Shown here one piece after another: positions 55,685 through 64,000 of a stretch of DNA of 64,000 nt. The first letter of the stretch is position 1. Each line of letters starts with the position of its first letter. Position numbers and translations under genes: made by a program. The notes below the pieces were generated by a model. The model was given only the letters and a program-made list of their open reading frames with translations. It was not told the DNA's origin and ran no database searches. Origin of the DNA: Chthoniobacterales bacterium (lineage in GTDB: Bacteria; Verrucomicrobiota; Verrucomicrobiia; Chthoniobacterales; Chthoniobacteraceae); NCBI GenBank assembly GCA_038207335.1, contig JBBQZX010000002.1, positions 32,001-96,000 on the forward strand. Reading direction: 5' to 3'.

Positions 55685-57454
55685 TCAGAGCAACTCGGGG
55701 TAGTGGGCCTGCGCGACGGCTTCGCATTTTGCCAGAATCGCGGTGGCGGAGTCGTCGTGCTTGATGTCGTCGATGAGCTGGAGACAGGCGGCAAGGTCGA
55801 GAGCTTGGACGGCGCGCTTGACGCGCGGAACGAGGGCTGCGCCGGCGCTAAGTTCATCGACTCCGAGGCCGAGGAGGAGCGGGGTGAGCACAATGTCGCC
55901 GGCCATTTCACCACAGACTCCGACCCATAGGCTGTGCGCGTGGCCGGCATCGACGACCATGCGGATGAGGCGGATAATGGCCGGGTGCGTGGGCTCGTAG
56001 AGGTGGCTGATTCGCTCGTTCAAGCGATCGACGGCGATCGAGTATTGGATGAGGTCGTTGGTCCCGATACTGAAGAAATCGCACTCGCGCGCGAGGATGT
56101 CGGCGGAGACAGCGGCGCTCGGGATTTCGATCATGGCGCCGACTTCCATGTTCTCGTCGAAGGGGATGTTTTCGGCGCGGAGTTCGGCACGGCATTCCTC
56201 GAGGACGGCATTCGCACGGCGCAGTTCGTCCACGCCGGAGATCATCGGATACATGATCTTGACGTTGCCGCCGGCGCTGGCGCGAAGGATGGCGCGGAGC
56301 TGTGGTTTAAAGATTTCGACGCGCTCGAGGCAGAACCGGATTGCGCGCCAGCCGAGGAAGGGATTTAGCTCTTCCGGGAGGTTGAGCGCGCTCATGAATT
56401 TGTCGCCACCGAGGTCGAGCGTGCGGATGATGACGCTGTGCGGGCGGACGTCATCTGCGACGCGCCGGTAGGCCTCGAGCTGTTCTTCCTCGGTCGGGAG
56501 CTCGGTGCGGTTGAGGTAGAAAAACTCGGTGCGATAGAGCCCGACGCCTTCGGCTCCAGCGAGCTTCACCGCGGGGATGTCCTCGGGCATTTCGATGTTC
56601 GCCGAGAGGATGACGTGGCGACCATCGAGCGTGGTGGAAGGCGTCTCGCGGAGGTCGGTGAGCTTTTCCTCGACGGCGGTTTTTTTGATCTCGAGTTCGC
56701 CGTATTCCCAGAGCGTTTGGTCGCTGGGATTGACGATGACGAGGCCGTTGTAGCCATCGAGGAGAATGTGGTCGCCGCTGGCGAGTTGGACGCTGGCATC
56801 GTGCAGGCCGACGACGGCGGGGATATTCAGCGACCGCGCCATGATGGCGGTGTGCGAGGTCTTGCTGCCGACATCGGTGGCGAAGCCGAGTACGAGTTCG
56901 CGGTTGAGTTGCGCGGTGTCGGACGGCGTCAGGTTATGCGCGATAACGATGTAAGGCGTGGTGAGCGCGGAGAGGTCGCGCCCGCGCTTGCCCATGAGAT
57001 TGTGGATGACGCGGCGGGTGACGTCATGGATGTCGAGGGCGCGCTCGCGGAGATACGGGTCGTCGATCTCGCTCAGCGTTTTCGCGTATCGGCCTGCGAC
57101 GTTTCCGAAGATGTGCTCGATATTGAGATGGTCGCGCTGGAGGGTGCGCAGGACTTCGTCGATAAGGGTGCGATCCTCCACGACGAGGAGGTGCGCGTCG
57201 AAAATGCTCGCATCTTTTGCCCCGACGGAGACGGCGATGCGCTCTTGCATCTCAAGAATTTGGACGCGCGTGGCGAGAAGCGCGGTTTCGAAGCGCGCGA
57301 TTTCGCCGGGAATTTCCTCAGCGGTGATGCGGCGCGTGGGCGGTTCTTCGTCGTCGGTGCGATAGACGAAGACGGTGCCGCGCGCGATGCCGGGCGAGAC
57401 GCCGACGCCGTGGAATCGTTTTTCCTGAGTGGAACTGGCGACCTCGTCGCTCAT
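55685..57454 (-). CDS. ptsI: Phosphoenolpyruvate--protein phosphotransferase (PTS enzyme I)
   Basis: 'G.GVSPGIA.G', 'TSHTAIMARSL', 'GVGLYRTEF', 'RTLDLGGDK', 'NPFLGWRAIR', 'FSIGTNDL.QY', 'CGEMAGD'. Confidence 0.95.
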   Translation of the reverse strand: MSDEVASSTQEKRFHGVGVSPGIARGTVFVYRTDDEEPPTRRITAEEIPGEIARFETALLATRVQILEMQERIAVSVGAKDASIFDAHLLVVEDRTLIDEVLRTLQRDHLNIEHIFGNVAGRYAKTLSEIDDPYLRERALDIHDVTRRVIHNLMGKRGRDLSALTTPYIVIAHNLTPSDTAQLNRELVLGFATDVGSKTSHTAIMARSLNIPAVVGLHDASVQLASGDHILLDGYNGLVIVNPSDQTLWEYGELEIKKTAVEEKLTDLRETPSTTLDGRHVILSANIEMPEDIPAVKLAGAEGVGLYRTEFFYLNRTELPTEEEQLEAYRRVADDVRPHSVIIRTLDLGGDKFMSALNLPEELNPFLGWRAIRFCLERVEIFKPQLRAILRASAGGNVKIMYPMISGVDELRRANAVLEECRAELRAENIPFDENMEVGAMIEIPSAAVSADILARECDFFSIGTNDLIQYSIAVDRLNERISHLYEPTHPAIIRLIRMVVDAGHAHSLWVGVCGEMAGDIVLTPLLLGLGVDELSAGAALVPRVKRAVQALDLAACLQLIDDIKHDDSATAILAKCEAVAQAHYPELL

Positions 57455-57487
57455 CGGGCGGTGGGAGGGACGCGCAGCGAGTCGCCG

Positions 57488-57796
57488 TCAGGATTCATCG
57501 AATTTCCTCTGAACGATCGCCTCGATCTCTGCCATGGCGCGCTCGGCGTCTGGGCCTTCGCAAGTGATTTTCAGCTTCGAGCCGAGGCCGGCGGCGAGCA
57601 TCATCAGCCCCATAATGCTTTTGCCATTGACCTGCTCGCCGTCCTTTTCCACCCAAACCTCGGATTTGAAACGACTGCACGTTTTTACAAACATCGCGGA
57701 GGGACGCGCGTGCAGTCCGAGCCGGTTTTGCACGGTGAGTTCCTTGCAGAGTTTCGCCTGCGTGGAGGTGTCTGGTTTGCGGCCGAGGAAGCCCAT
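57488..57796 (-). CDS. ptsH: HPr phosphocarrier protein
   Basis: 'GLHARPS' (His15) and 'NGKSIMGLMML' (Ser46). Confidence 0.95.
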   Translation of the reverse strand: MGFLGRKPDTSTQAKLCKELTVQNRLGLHARPSAMFVKTCSRFKSEVWVEKDGEQVNGKSIMGLMMLAAGLGSKLKITCEGPDAERAMAEIEAIVQRKFDES

Positions 57797-58753
57797 TTAA
57801 TCTGTTTTCTGCATGACGTTGAGCAATTTCTGATTGAACGCGAGCGCACTGTTCTGGCCCATGCTCTTCAATTTCTGGTCCAGCGCAGCCACCTCGACCA
57901 GCCGCGCAAGGTCGCGACCGGTCCGCACAGGGATGGTGATATGCGGAACCAGGATCTCGATGATTTCGTAGTACTCCTGATCGAGTCCGGTTCTATCGAA
58001 TTCTTCCATTTCCTGCCACTCTTTTAGCGTGACGACGAGGTCGAGCCGCTTTTCGACGCGCACGCTGCCGATGCCGAAGATGGACATGACATTGATCACC
58101 CCGATGCCCCGCACCTCCATGTGGTGGCGGGTGAGATCGGGCGATGTCCCGACCAAGTCCCGCCCCTCGAGCGCTCGAAAGCGCGTCATGTCGTCGCTTA
58201 CGAGGCTGTGTCCGCGTTCGACGAGGCCGAGGACGCATTCGCTTTTTCCGATGCCGCTGGAGCCGCGGATGAGCGTGCCGACGCCGAGGATATCGACCAT
58301 CGAGCCGTATTCGCTTTTCATCGGCGCGAAGTCGAACTCGAGCAGGAGCGTGGCGGCGTTGATGAATTTCATCGTTACCGCCGGGGTGCGAAAGACGGCG
58401 ATGCCCGCGCGCTCGGCTTCTTCTAAAAGCGCGGCGGGCGGCTTCGATGCGCGCGAGACGACGATGCACGGGATGGGGCGCTCGCAGAGGGCACGACAGC
58501 GCTCTCGGACCTGGCTGGCGGAGAGGCTTTTGAGGTAGGAAAGCTCGGCACTGCCGAAAATCTGGATGCGCTTTTCCGCGAAGTAGCTGTAGAAGCCGGA
58601 GAGTGCGAGGCCGGGGCGATTGATGGTGGGCTCGCGGATGCGACGGTCGAAGCCCGCGGGCGAGCCGAGAAGCTTCATCTCGAGGGACTCAGAGTGTCGG
58701 GTATAGAATTCGCCGACAGTGATGGTGGGGTGTTTGGCCTCGGATGGGGTCAT
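57797..58753 (-). CDS. hprK: HPr(Ser) kinase/phosphatase
   Basis: 'INRPGLALSG', 'RIQIFG..E', Walker A 'GSSGIGKSE', 'GH.LV.DD', 'MEVRGIGVI', 'IPV..GR'. ATG 58753. Confidence 0.95.
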   Translation of the reverse strand: MTPSEAKHPTITVGEFYTRHSESLEMKLLGSPAGFDRRIREPTINRPGLALSGFYSYFAEKRIQIFGSAELSYLKSLSASQVRERCRALCERPIPCIVVSRASKPPAALLEEAERAGIAVFRTPAVTMKFINAATLLLEFDFAPMKSEYGSMVDILGVGTLIRGSSGIGKSECVLGLVERGHSLVSDDMTRFRALEGRDLVGTSPDLTRHHMEVRGIGVINVMSIFGIGSVRVEKRLDLVVTLKEWQEMEEFDRTGLDQEYYEIIEILVPHITIPVRTGRDLARLVEVAALDQKLKSMGQNSALAFNQKLLNVMQKTD

Positions 58754-58893
58754 CGTCGTGCGGCACTTTAGGGAAGGAAGAGACTTGCTGCGAGAAAAGA
58801 GTCCGGCTCGTGAGCAAGAGAGGTGGACGTGGAAACCAACCATTATCCAAATGGGTAGTGGCGAGGAAGGGCATCTGCCGCATATTTGCAACG

Positions 58894-61800
58894 ATGTGTC
58901 GTGCTCCCCTCCACAACGTACTCCTGCTGATCCTCACCGTCTTGGCGGCCGTGCCTGACGCTCGGGCGCAGACGATTTATCCGGTTACGAGCATCTCCAC
59001 GACGGGCTCGGAAATCCTCACCGCGACAACCAACGGCACGGTCTATGGCCGCAATCGCATGGTGCCGGGAAACGTCTCCACTTTCACCACCACGACATCC
59101 TCGGGCACGACGCCGAGTTCCGCTGCGTGCATCCTCGTCCGCGGCGGCACGCAGCCTCCGGCGTCCGGCAGTCGCGGCACGCTCACGGGCGACTGGTACC
59201 TCGACACCGGCATCATCAATCCCGGTGCCTCGACCGACTCGATGACGATCACGTTCCCGCAGCCCATCGTGAATCAACCGGGCCCCGACGTGATGATTTT
59301 CGAGATCAATGCCGGAACCACCGCGGACTCGTTCATCGTGCGGATCAACGGCCAGACTTTCACGGTCCCGACGACTGTCAGCGCGTCCGGTTGGGGCTCG
59401 ACCGGATACGCGATCACCAGCGCGGATCTCTACAACGCCAACGCAACGGTCAACTCGATCTCCGCGCTGGAAAGCGCGCCGACGAGCCTCAACAGCGCGG
59501 ACATCAACCAAACCGTCTTCGGCGTCGCGCTCGATTTTTCAAACTTCGGCGTCGCCAGCGGCGCGAGCATCACATCGATCACAATCACCTCCACCAGTGA
59601 CGCCGCAGCCATCGACCCGGTGCTCGTCGCAGGGCTCATCATTCCGCCGGAGCAGACGGGCGGACCGGTGATCGAGGAACTCATGGCCGACAACAGCGCG
59701 ACGCTCGAGGACGAAGATCTCGCGCATCCGGATTGGGTGGAAATCTACAACGGCTCAGCGATCGCGACGAACCTCTCAGGCTGGAAGCTCAGCGACGATC
59801 CCGCGTTGCCGGCGAAGTGGGTATTCCCGAATATTACCCTCCAGCCGTATGCCTCGACCTACGTTTTCTGCTCGGCAAAAAACAAATTTACCGGCGCGCA
59901 CCCGCACACGAATTTCAAGCTCAAGAAAGGGGGTGGCACAGTCTTGCTCAGCAAGCCGGACGGCACCGTGGTGACGAACATCACCTACCCTGCGCAGGTC
60001 CAGGACATCTCGTACGGCGCGGTCGGTGCGGCGCAAACGCTCGGCTATCTTGAGACGCCGACGCCCGGCATCCAGAATACCGGACGCCAAGCCGCGGGGC
60101 CACCGTGCGACGACCCAGTCTTCGATCGCGCCAGCAGCGTGCTCGTCAGCGGCGCGCCGACGACGACGCTGAGCGTCGCGCTGCCAGCCACAGCAGGCGC
60201 GGGCGCGCAACTCCGGTATCTGCTCGACAACAACTCGCCGGACGAATCCTCGCCGCTGTACACCACGCCTTTCAACCTCACCGCCAGCTTGACCGTCGCG
60301 CTGCGCGTTTTCGAGCCGGGGCGGCTGCCGAGCCGTGTGAGCCATCGCTCATTCATCCTGCTGGGAAGCGACATCGCGACGAGCTTCAACTCCTCCGGCG
60401 CGCCCTTCACCTCGAATCTCCCAATTCTCGTGATGGACAGCTACGGCGTCGCAATCGACAGCACCACCGATCCAAACTCCGTTCGCCCCGGCCGTTTCAC
60501 GCAAGTCGCCGTGTACGATCTGAACCCCGCGACCGGACGCGCTTCGATCGGCGCCACACCAACGCTCATCTCTCGCGCTGGGACGCACGTTCGCGGGCAG
60601 AGTTCGGCGGGATTTTCGGAAAAGCCTTACGCGCTCGAATTCTGGAACGAGCACAGTGACGACGACAAAAACGTGGCTCTTCTCGGCATGCCCGCCGATT
60701 CCGATTGGGTGCTGCAGACGGTCGTGACCGACAAGACCTTCATGCGCAACTACACGATGCAGCAGCTCATGCTTCAGGAGAATGGCCCGTACGCCGGACG
60801 CCGCTGCCGCTTCGTCGAGGTGTTCTTCAATCAAAACAACACCGTGTGCGACTACGGCAGCGGCACCAGCAACGACTATCGCGGCATCTACCTCCTTATC
60901 GAGGCCATTCGCCGCGGCCCCGACCGCGTGGATGTGCAAAAGCTGAACTCGGAGATGACCGCTCCCGCGCTCATCACAGGCGGCTACATTTATAAAAAAG
61001 ACAAGACTCCCTACACCGCGCCGATCACGCTCAATAGTGGCCTAGTCTATGACATCGCAGACCCACTGCCGACCGCTGCGCAGAGCAGCGCGCTCCTGAC
61101 ATATCTCAACCAAACGGACACCGCTCTCGCCCAGTCGGATTTCGCGAATCCCGCCTCCGCAAACTACTACGGCAAATGGCTCGACTGGCGCTCACTGATC
61201 GAGCGGCAAATCTGGCAGGAGACGTGCCGCGAGGTCGATAGCTACAACTACTCCTACTACTACTCGAAGGATCGCGGGCAGCCGCTGCGGGCCTTCCCGT
61301 TTTGGGATGTCGATCGCTCGCTCGGCAATGCGAACTACGGCACCGCGGACAACGCGCTCGGCTTCCGCTGGTGGAATGTCGGGTCAGGCTACGTCTATTT
61401 CAACCGGCTCTTCACCGACGCGGAGTTCACTCAGGCTTATTGGGACCGCTGGTGGAAATTGCGGCAGGGCACTTTCGCCACGAGCGCCCTCATGGCCCGC
61501 ATCGAGGCCACCGCCGCGCAGCTCACGACGAACAATCTCGGCGCGGTCGTCGATGCGGCCACCGTGACAAACACCAGCGCAAACTCGTCCGCGGCCACGC
61601 AGACACCCGCGTCGCGGCATTTCAAAAGATGGGTCACGCTCGGCACAACGAGCTACGGCAGCGGTCCTGTCGGCCAGCCCGATCGCAACACCTATCGCAA
61701 GGAACTCGACCTCATGAAGTCGTTTCTCACCTACCGCGTCGATTGGTTCGACGCGCAGTCGCCCAGCAATCTACGCCCGCCCGACCTTCTCGACGCCAGC

Positions 61801-63513
61801 ACGGGAACCACGCGATTCGGCGGCGCGGTGCCGCCCGGGTTTCAGGTCGCATTCGTGAATCCGAACGACGCCACCGGCTCCATCTACTACTCCGTGAATG
61901 GCGCCGATCCGCGCGCCACCGGCGGCGGGCTCGCATCCGGCGCGCAGACGATCCCGGCCGGCGCGCTGCCTTTCACCACCGCGCTCCCCTCGGCGAGCAG
62001 CGGGTGGAAATATCTCACGCCCTCCACCGACCCCGGCACCGCGTGGCGTGCCTCGGCTTTCGACGACTCGACTTGGAGCATCGGCACGACGCCGATCGGC
62101 TACAACGAAAGCGGCCTTAACACGGTCCTCTCCACGCCGTCGCAAACCACCTCCACGCCACCCTCGCCCGCGTATTTTCGCAAGACTTTCAACGTGACGA
62201 ATGCAGCCACGGTGACCGGCTTGCAGCTCGAGCTCCTGCACGATGATGGAGCAGTCGTTTTCCTCAATGGCAACGAAGTCGCCCGCGCCGGAATGCCGTA
62301 TCCGCCGACCACGATCGGTTTTACGACCAACGCCACCGGCGCAGTGGACGACTCGCGTGCCGAGACGAATTACAACTTCATCCGCCTCGATCCGACGAGG
62401 CTCGTGGAAGGCACGAACACCATCGCCATCGAAGTCCACCAGGCGCTCTATACCAGCACTGCGACCGCCGACATGCGCTTCGACGCACGGCTGAAACTCA
62501 CACGCACCGCGACGCTCGGCTCGCCGATCACGCTGACCTCGAGCGGCGCATACACCGTCCGGGCGAGGCTGCTGTCGAGTGGAATTTGGAGTCCGATCAC
62601 CGAGTCCACTTTTGTCGTGAATGCCACGCCCGCGACTGCTGCGAATATCGTGATTTCCGAGTTACTCTACCATCCGACAGACGCGAGCACGGCGGAGGCC
62701 AACGCTGGCTACGAGCAGAAAGATTTCGAGTTCGTTGAGTTGTTTAACGCCGGTTCGAGCTACGTCGATCTCGCAGGCGCAAATTTCAGCCAGGGCGTGA
62801 CATTCACCTTCCCATCGGCGAATCCCGCGCTGACCGTCCTCCCGCCGGGTGAGCGCATCGTCGTCGTGGCGAATGTGACCGCCTTTCATGCGAGATTCGG
62901 CGCGCTGCCAAATGTGCGCGTCGCCGGGCCATTCTCCGGGAGTCTCGACAACAGCGGCGAGACCGTGACCCTCCTTTCCGCGAGCGGCGCGGTCATCGCG
63001 AGTTTCACGTATTCGCCCACCGCGCCTTGGCCCACCGACGCCGATGTCGCGAACCGCAGCCTCGTCCTCAATAACCCCGCGGCCCATCCCGACTACGCGC
63101 TGCCGGAAAGCTGGCATCCGAGCGCGCAGACCAATGGAGCGCCCGGCGTCGCCGACACACTCACCCCGCCCGCCAATCTTTTCGGCGACGACGACGGCGA
63201 CGGCCTCGCCAACGTCATCGAATTCATGCTCGGCGCGAATCAACAGCCCGTCCTCACCTCCGAGCTCTACACCGCGCAGAGCGGCGGCACCGACAAATAC
63301 CTCTTCCTCCGTTTCCCGCGAAATCTCTCCGCCGACGCCGCCACCCTCACCGTCGAGTCATCGCCGGATTTGGCCGCGTGGTCGGGCACCGACTTCCAGT
63401 TCGTCGGCTACAGTCCCGCCGTCGGCGGCACAGCGACGGTCACCTACCGCAGCGCCCTCCCCGCCGCTCAGCTCGGCGACAAATACTTCGTCCGCCTCCG
63501 CGCCACCCAGTAG
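58894..63513 (+). CDS. Giant secreted CotH-kinase / lamin-tail-domain protein
   Basis: Signal peptide (..DARA|Q); LTD motifs 'IEELMADN..DWVEIYN..NLSGW.LSDD' and 'ISELLYHP..FEFVEL.N'; CotH 'VRGQSS..KPY..E', 'Y.GIYLL.E', 'WD.D...GN'; 'DDGAVVFLNG.EV'. ATG 58894. Confidence 0.85.
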   Translation: MCRAPLHNVLLLILTVLAAVPDARAQTIYPVTSISTTGSEILTATTNGTVYGRNRMVPGNVSTFTTTTSSGTTPSSAACILVRGGTQPPASGSRGTLTGDWYLDTGIINPGASTDSMTITFPQPIVNQPGPDVMIFEINAGTTADSFIVRINGQTFTVPTTVSASGWGSTGYAITSADLYNANATVNSISALESAPTSLNSADINQTVFGVALDFSNFGVASGASITSITITSTSDAAAIDPVLVAGLIIPPEQTGGPVIEELMADNSATLEDEDLAHPDWVEIYNGSAIATNLSGWKLSDDPALPAKWVFPNITLQPYASTYVFCSAKNKFTGAHPHTNFKLKKGGGTVLLSKPDGTVVTNITYPAQVQDISYGAVGAAQTLGYLETPTPGIQNTGRQAAGPPCDDPVFDRASSVLVSGAPTTTLSVALPATAGAGAQLRYLLDNNSPDESSPLYTTPFNLTASLTVALRVFEPGRLPSRVSHRSFILLGSDIATSFNSSGAPFTSNLPILVMDSYGVAIDSTTDPNSVRPGRFTQVAVYDLNPATGRASIGATPTLISRAGTHVRGQSSAGFSEKPYALEFWNEHSDDDKNVALLGMPADSDWVLQTVVTDKTFMRNYTMQQLMLQENGPYAGRRCRFVEVFFNQNNTVCDYGSGTSNDYRGIYLLIEAIRRGPDRVDVQKLNSEMTAPALITGGYIYKKDKTPYTAPITLNSGLVYDIADPLPTAAQSSALLTYLNQTDTALAQSDFANPASANYYGKWLDWRSLIERQIWQETCREVDSYNYSYYYSKDRGQPLRAFPFWDVDRSLGNANYGTADNALGFRWWNVGSGYVYFNRLFTDAEFTQAYWDRWWKLRQGTFATSALMARIEATAAQLTTNNLGAVVDAATVTNTSANSSAATQTPASRHFKRWVTLGTTSYGSGPVGQPDRNTYRKELDLMKSFLTYRVDWFDAQSPSNLRPPDLLDASTGTTRFGGAVPPGFQVAFVNPNDATGSIYYSVNGADPRATGGGLASGAQTIPAGALPFTTALPSASSGWKYLTPSTDPGTAWRASAFDDSTWSIGTTPIGYNESGLNTVLSTPSQTTSTPPSPAYFRKTFNVTNAATVTGLQLELLHDDGAVVFLNGNEVARAGMPYPPTTIGFTTNATGAVDDSRAETNYNFIRLDPTRLVEGTNTIAIEVHQALYTSTATADMRFDARLKLTRTATLGSPITLTSSGAYTVRARLLSSGIWSPITESTFVVNATPATAANIVISELLYHPTDASTAEANAGYEQKDFEFVELFNAGSSYVDLAGANFSQGVTFTFPSANPALTVLPPGERIVVVANVTAFHARFGALPNVRVAGPFSGSLDNSGETVTLLSASGAVIASFTYSPTAPWPTDADVANRSLVLNNPAAHPDYALPESWHPSAQTNGAPGVADTLTPPANLFGDDDGDGLANVIEFMLGANQQPVLTSELYTAQSGGTDKYLFLRFPRNLSADAATLTVESSPDLAAWSGTDFQFVGYSPAVGGTATVTYRSALPAAQLGDKYFVRLRATQ

Positions 63514-63530
63514 AACAGCGCGCCCCGCTG

Positions 63531-64000
63531 CTACCGGCGGAAATACTCCGGCTCATTCCCCGGCTTCCACTTGATATTGCAGCCGACGCTCGGTCGCTGC
63601 TCTGCCGACCCCTCCCCGCCCGCCAGCAGGGCCTCGATCGCCGCGCGCAGATGTTCGCCAGTCGCCACCCCTTTCCCCGGCCGCGAGCCGTCGAGCTGTC
63701 CTCGATAGACGAGTTTTCTCTCCGCATCGAAGAGGAAAAAATCCGGCGTGCACGCGGCTGTGTAAGCTCGTGCGACGGCCTGCGTTTCATCGAATAAAAT
63801 GGGAAATGTTAACCCTGCCGCGCGAGCCATTTTTGCGGTCGGTTCGGGTGCGTCCTGCGGGTAATTTTCGATGTCGTTTGAAGTAATCGCGACGATCGCA
63901 ACGTCTCGATCCCCGTAGTCCCGTGCGAGGCGGACGAGTTCCGGCTGAACATGCACCACGTACGGGCAGTGCGCGCAGATGAACATCACGAGAAGCGCCT
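63531..64000 (-). CDS. Thioredoxin-family protein (5' end outside the window)
   Basis: 'MFICAHCPYV', 'SND..YPQD.P', 'D.TQ.VA..Y.AACTPDFFLF', 'YRGQLD', 'GCNIKW'. Confidence 0.9.
   Translation of the reverse strand, partial: ALLVMFICAHCPYVVHVQPELVRLARDYGDRDVAIVAITSNDIENYPQDAPEPTAKMARAAGLTFPILFDETQAVARAYTAACTPDFFLFDAERKLVYRGQLDGSRPGKGVATGEHLRAAIEALLAGGEGSAEQRPSVGCNIKWKPGNEPEYFRR

Noticed and set aside
55685..58753. Gram-positive-style HPrK/HPr/EI cluster as a novelty
   Set aside because: Regulatory PTS modules with HPrK are well known in many Gram-negative lineages.
1..64000. tRNA/rRNA genes, transposases, integrases, prophage or defence systems
   Set aside because: No supporting motifs seen; nearly all sequence is accounted for by the listed CDSs.

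Overview
GC-rich bacterial chromosome segment. Gene content (PVC-type heme-binding CxxCH dehydrogenase, DUF1501, CotH/lamin-tail giant protein, TIGR04073-like protein, EI/HPr/HPrK) points to Verrucomicrobiota, probably Chthoniobacter-like; this is inference. About 51 genes. Housekeeping: aspS, gatC, gatA, purL, purM, purF, ptsI/ptsH/hprK, hslO, tcdA, msrB, ogt, an RlmD-like methyltransferase and an amidase. I see no tRNA, rRNA, CRISPR array or transposase. Three things stand out. (1) A ~16 kb surface-glycosylation locus (9.8-25.9 kb). A large secreted Ala/Thr-rich helical-repeat protein (S-layer candidate) sits between two paralogous O-antigen-ligase/O-oligosaccharyltransferase-TPR genes. It is followed, past a strong terminator, by a tightly coupled run of EEP hydrolase, GT-C, GT2-methyltransferase, flippase, kinase-like/methyltransferase fusion, GT4 and FkbM genes. 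(2) Several families of small palindromic elements (GTAG-type REP doublets; 9-, 7- and 6-bp periodic palindromes). Two are inserted in frame in coding sequence: the PVC dehydrogenase and purL. (3) Two unrelated giant secreted proteins end in a similar short C-terminal domain that may be a lineage-specific export or sorting signal. All family calls come from motif recognition by eye; no database search was run. Several start codons were moved from the ORF track to the most plausible ATG/GTG.
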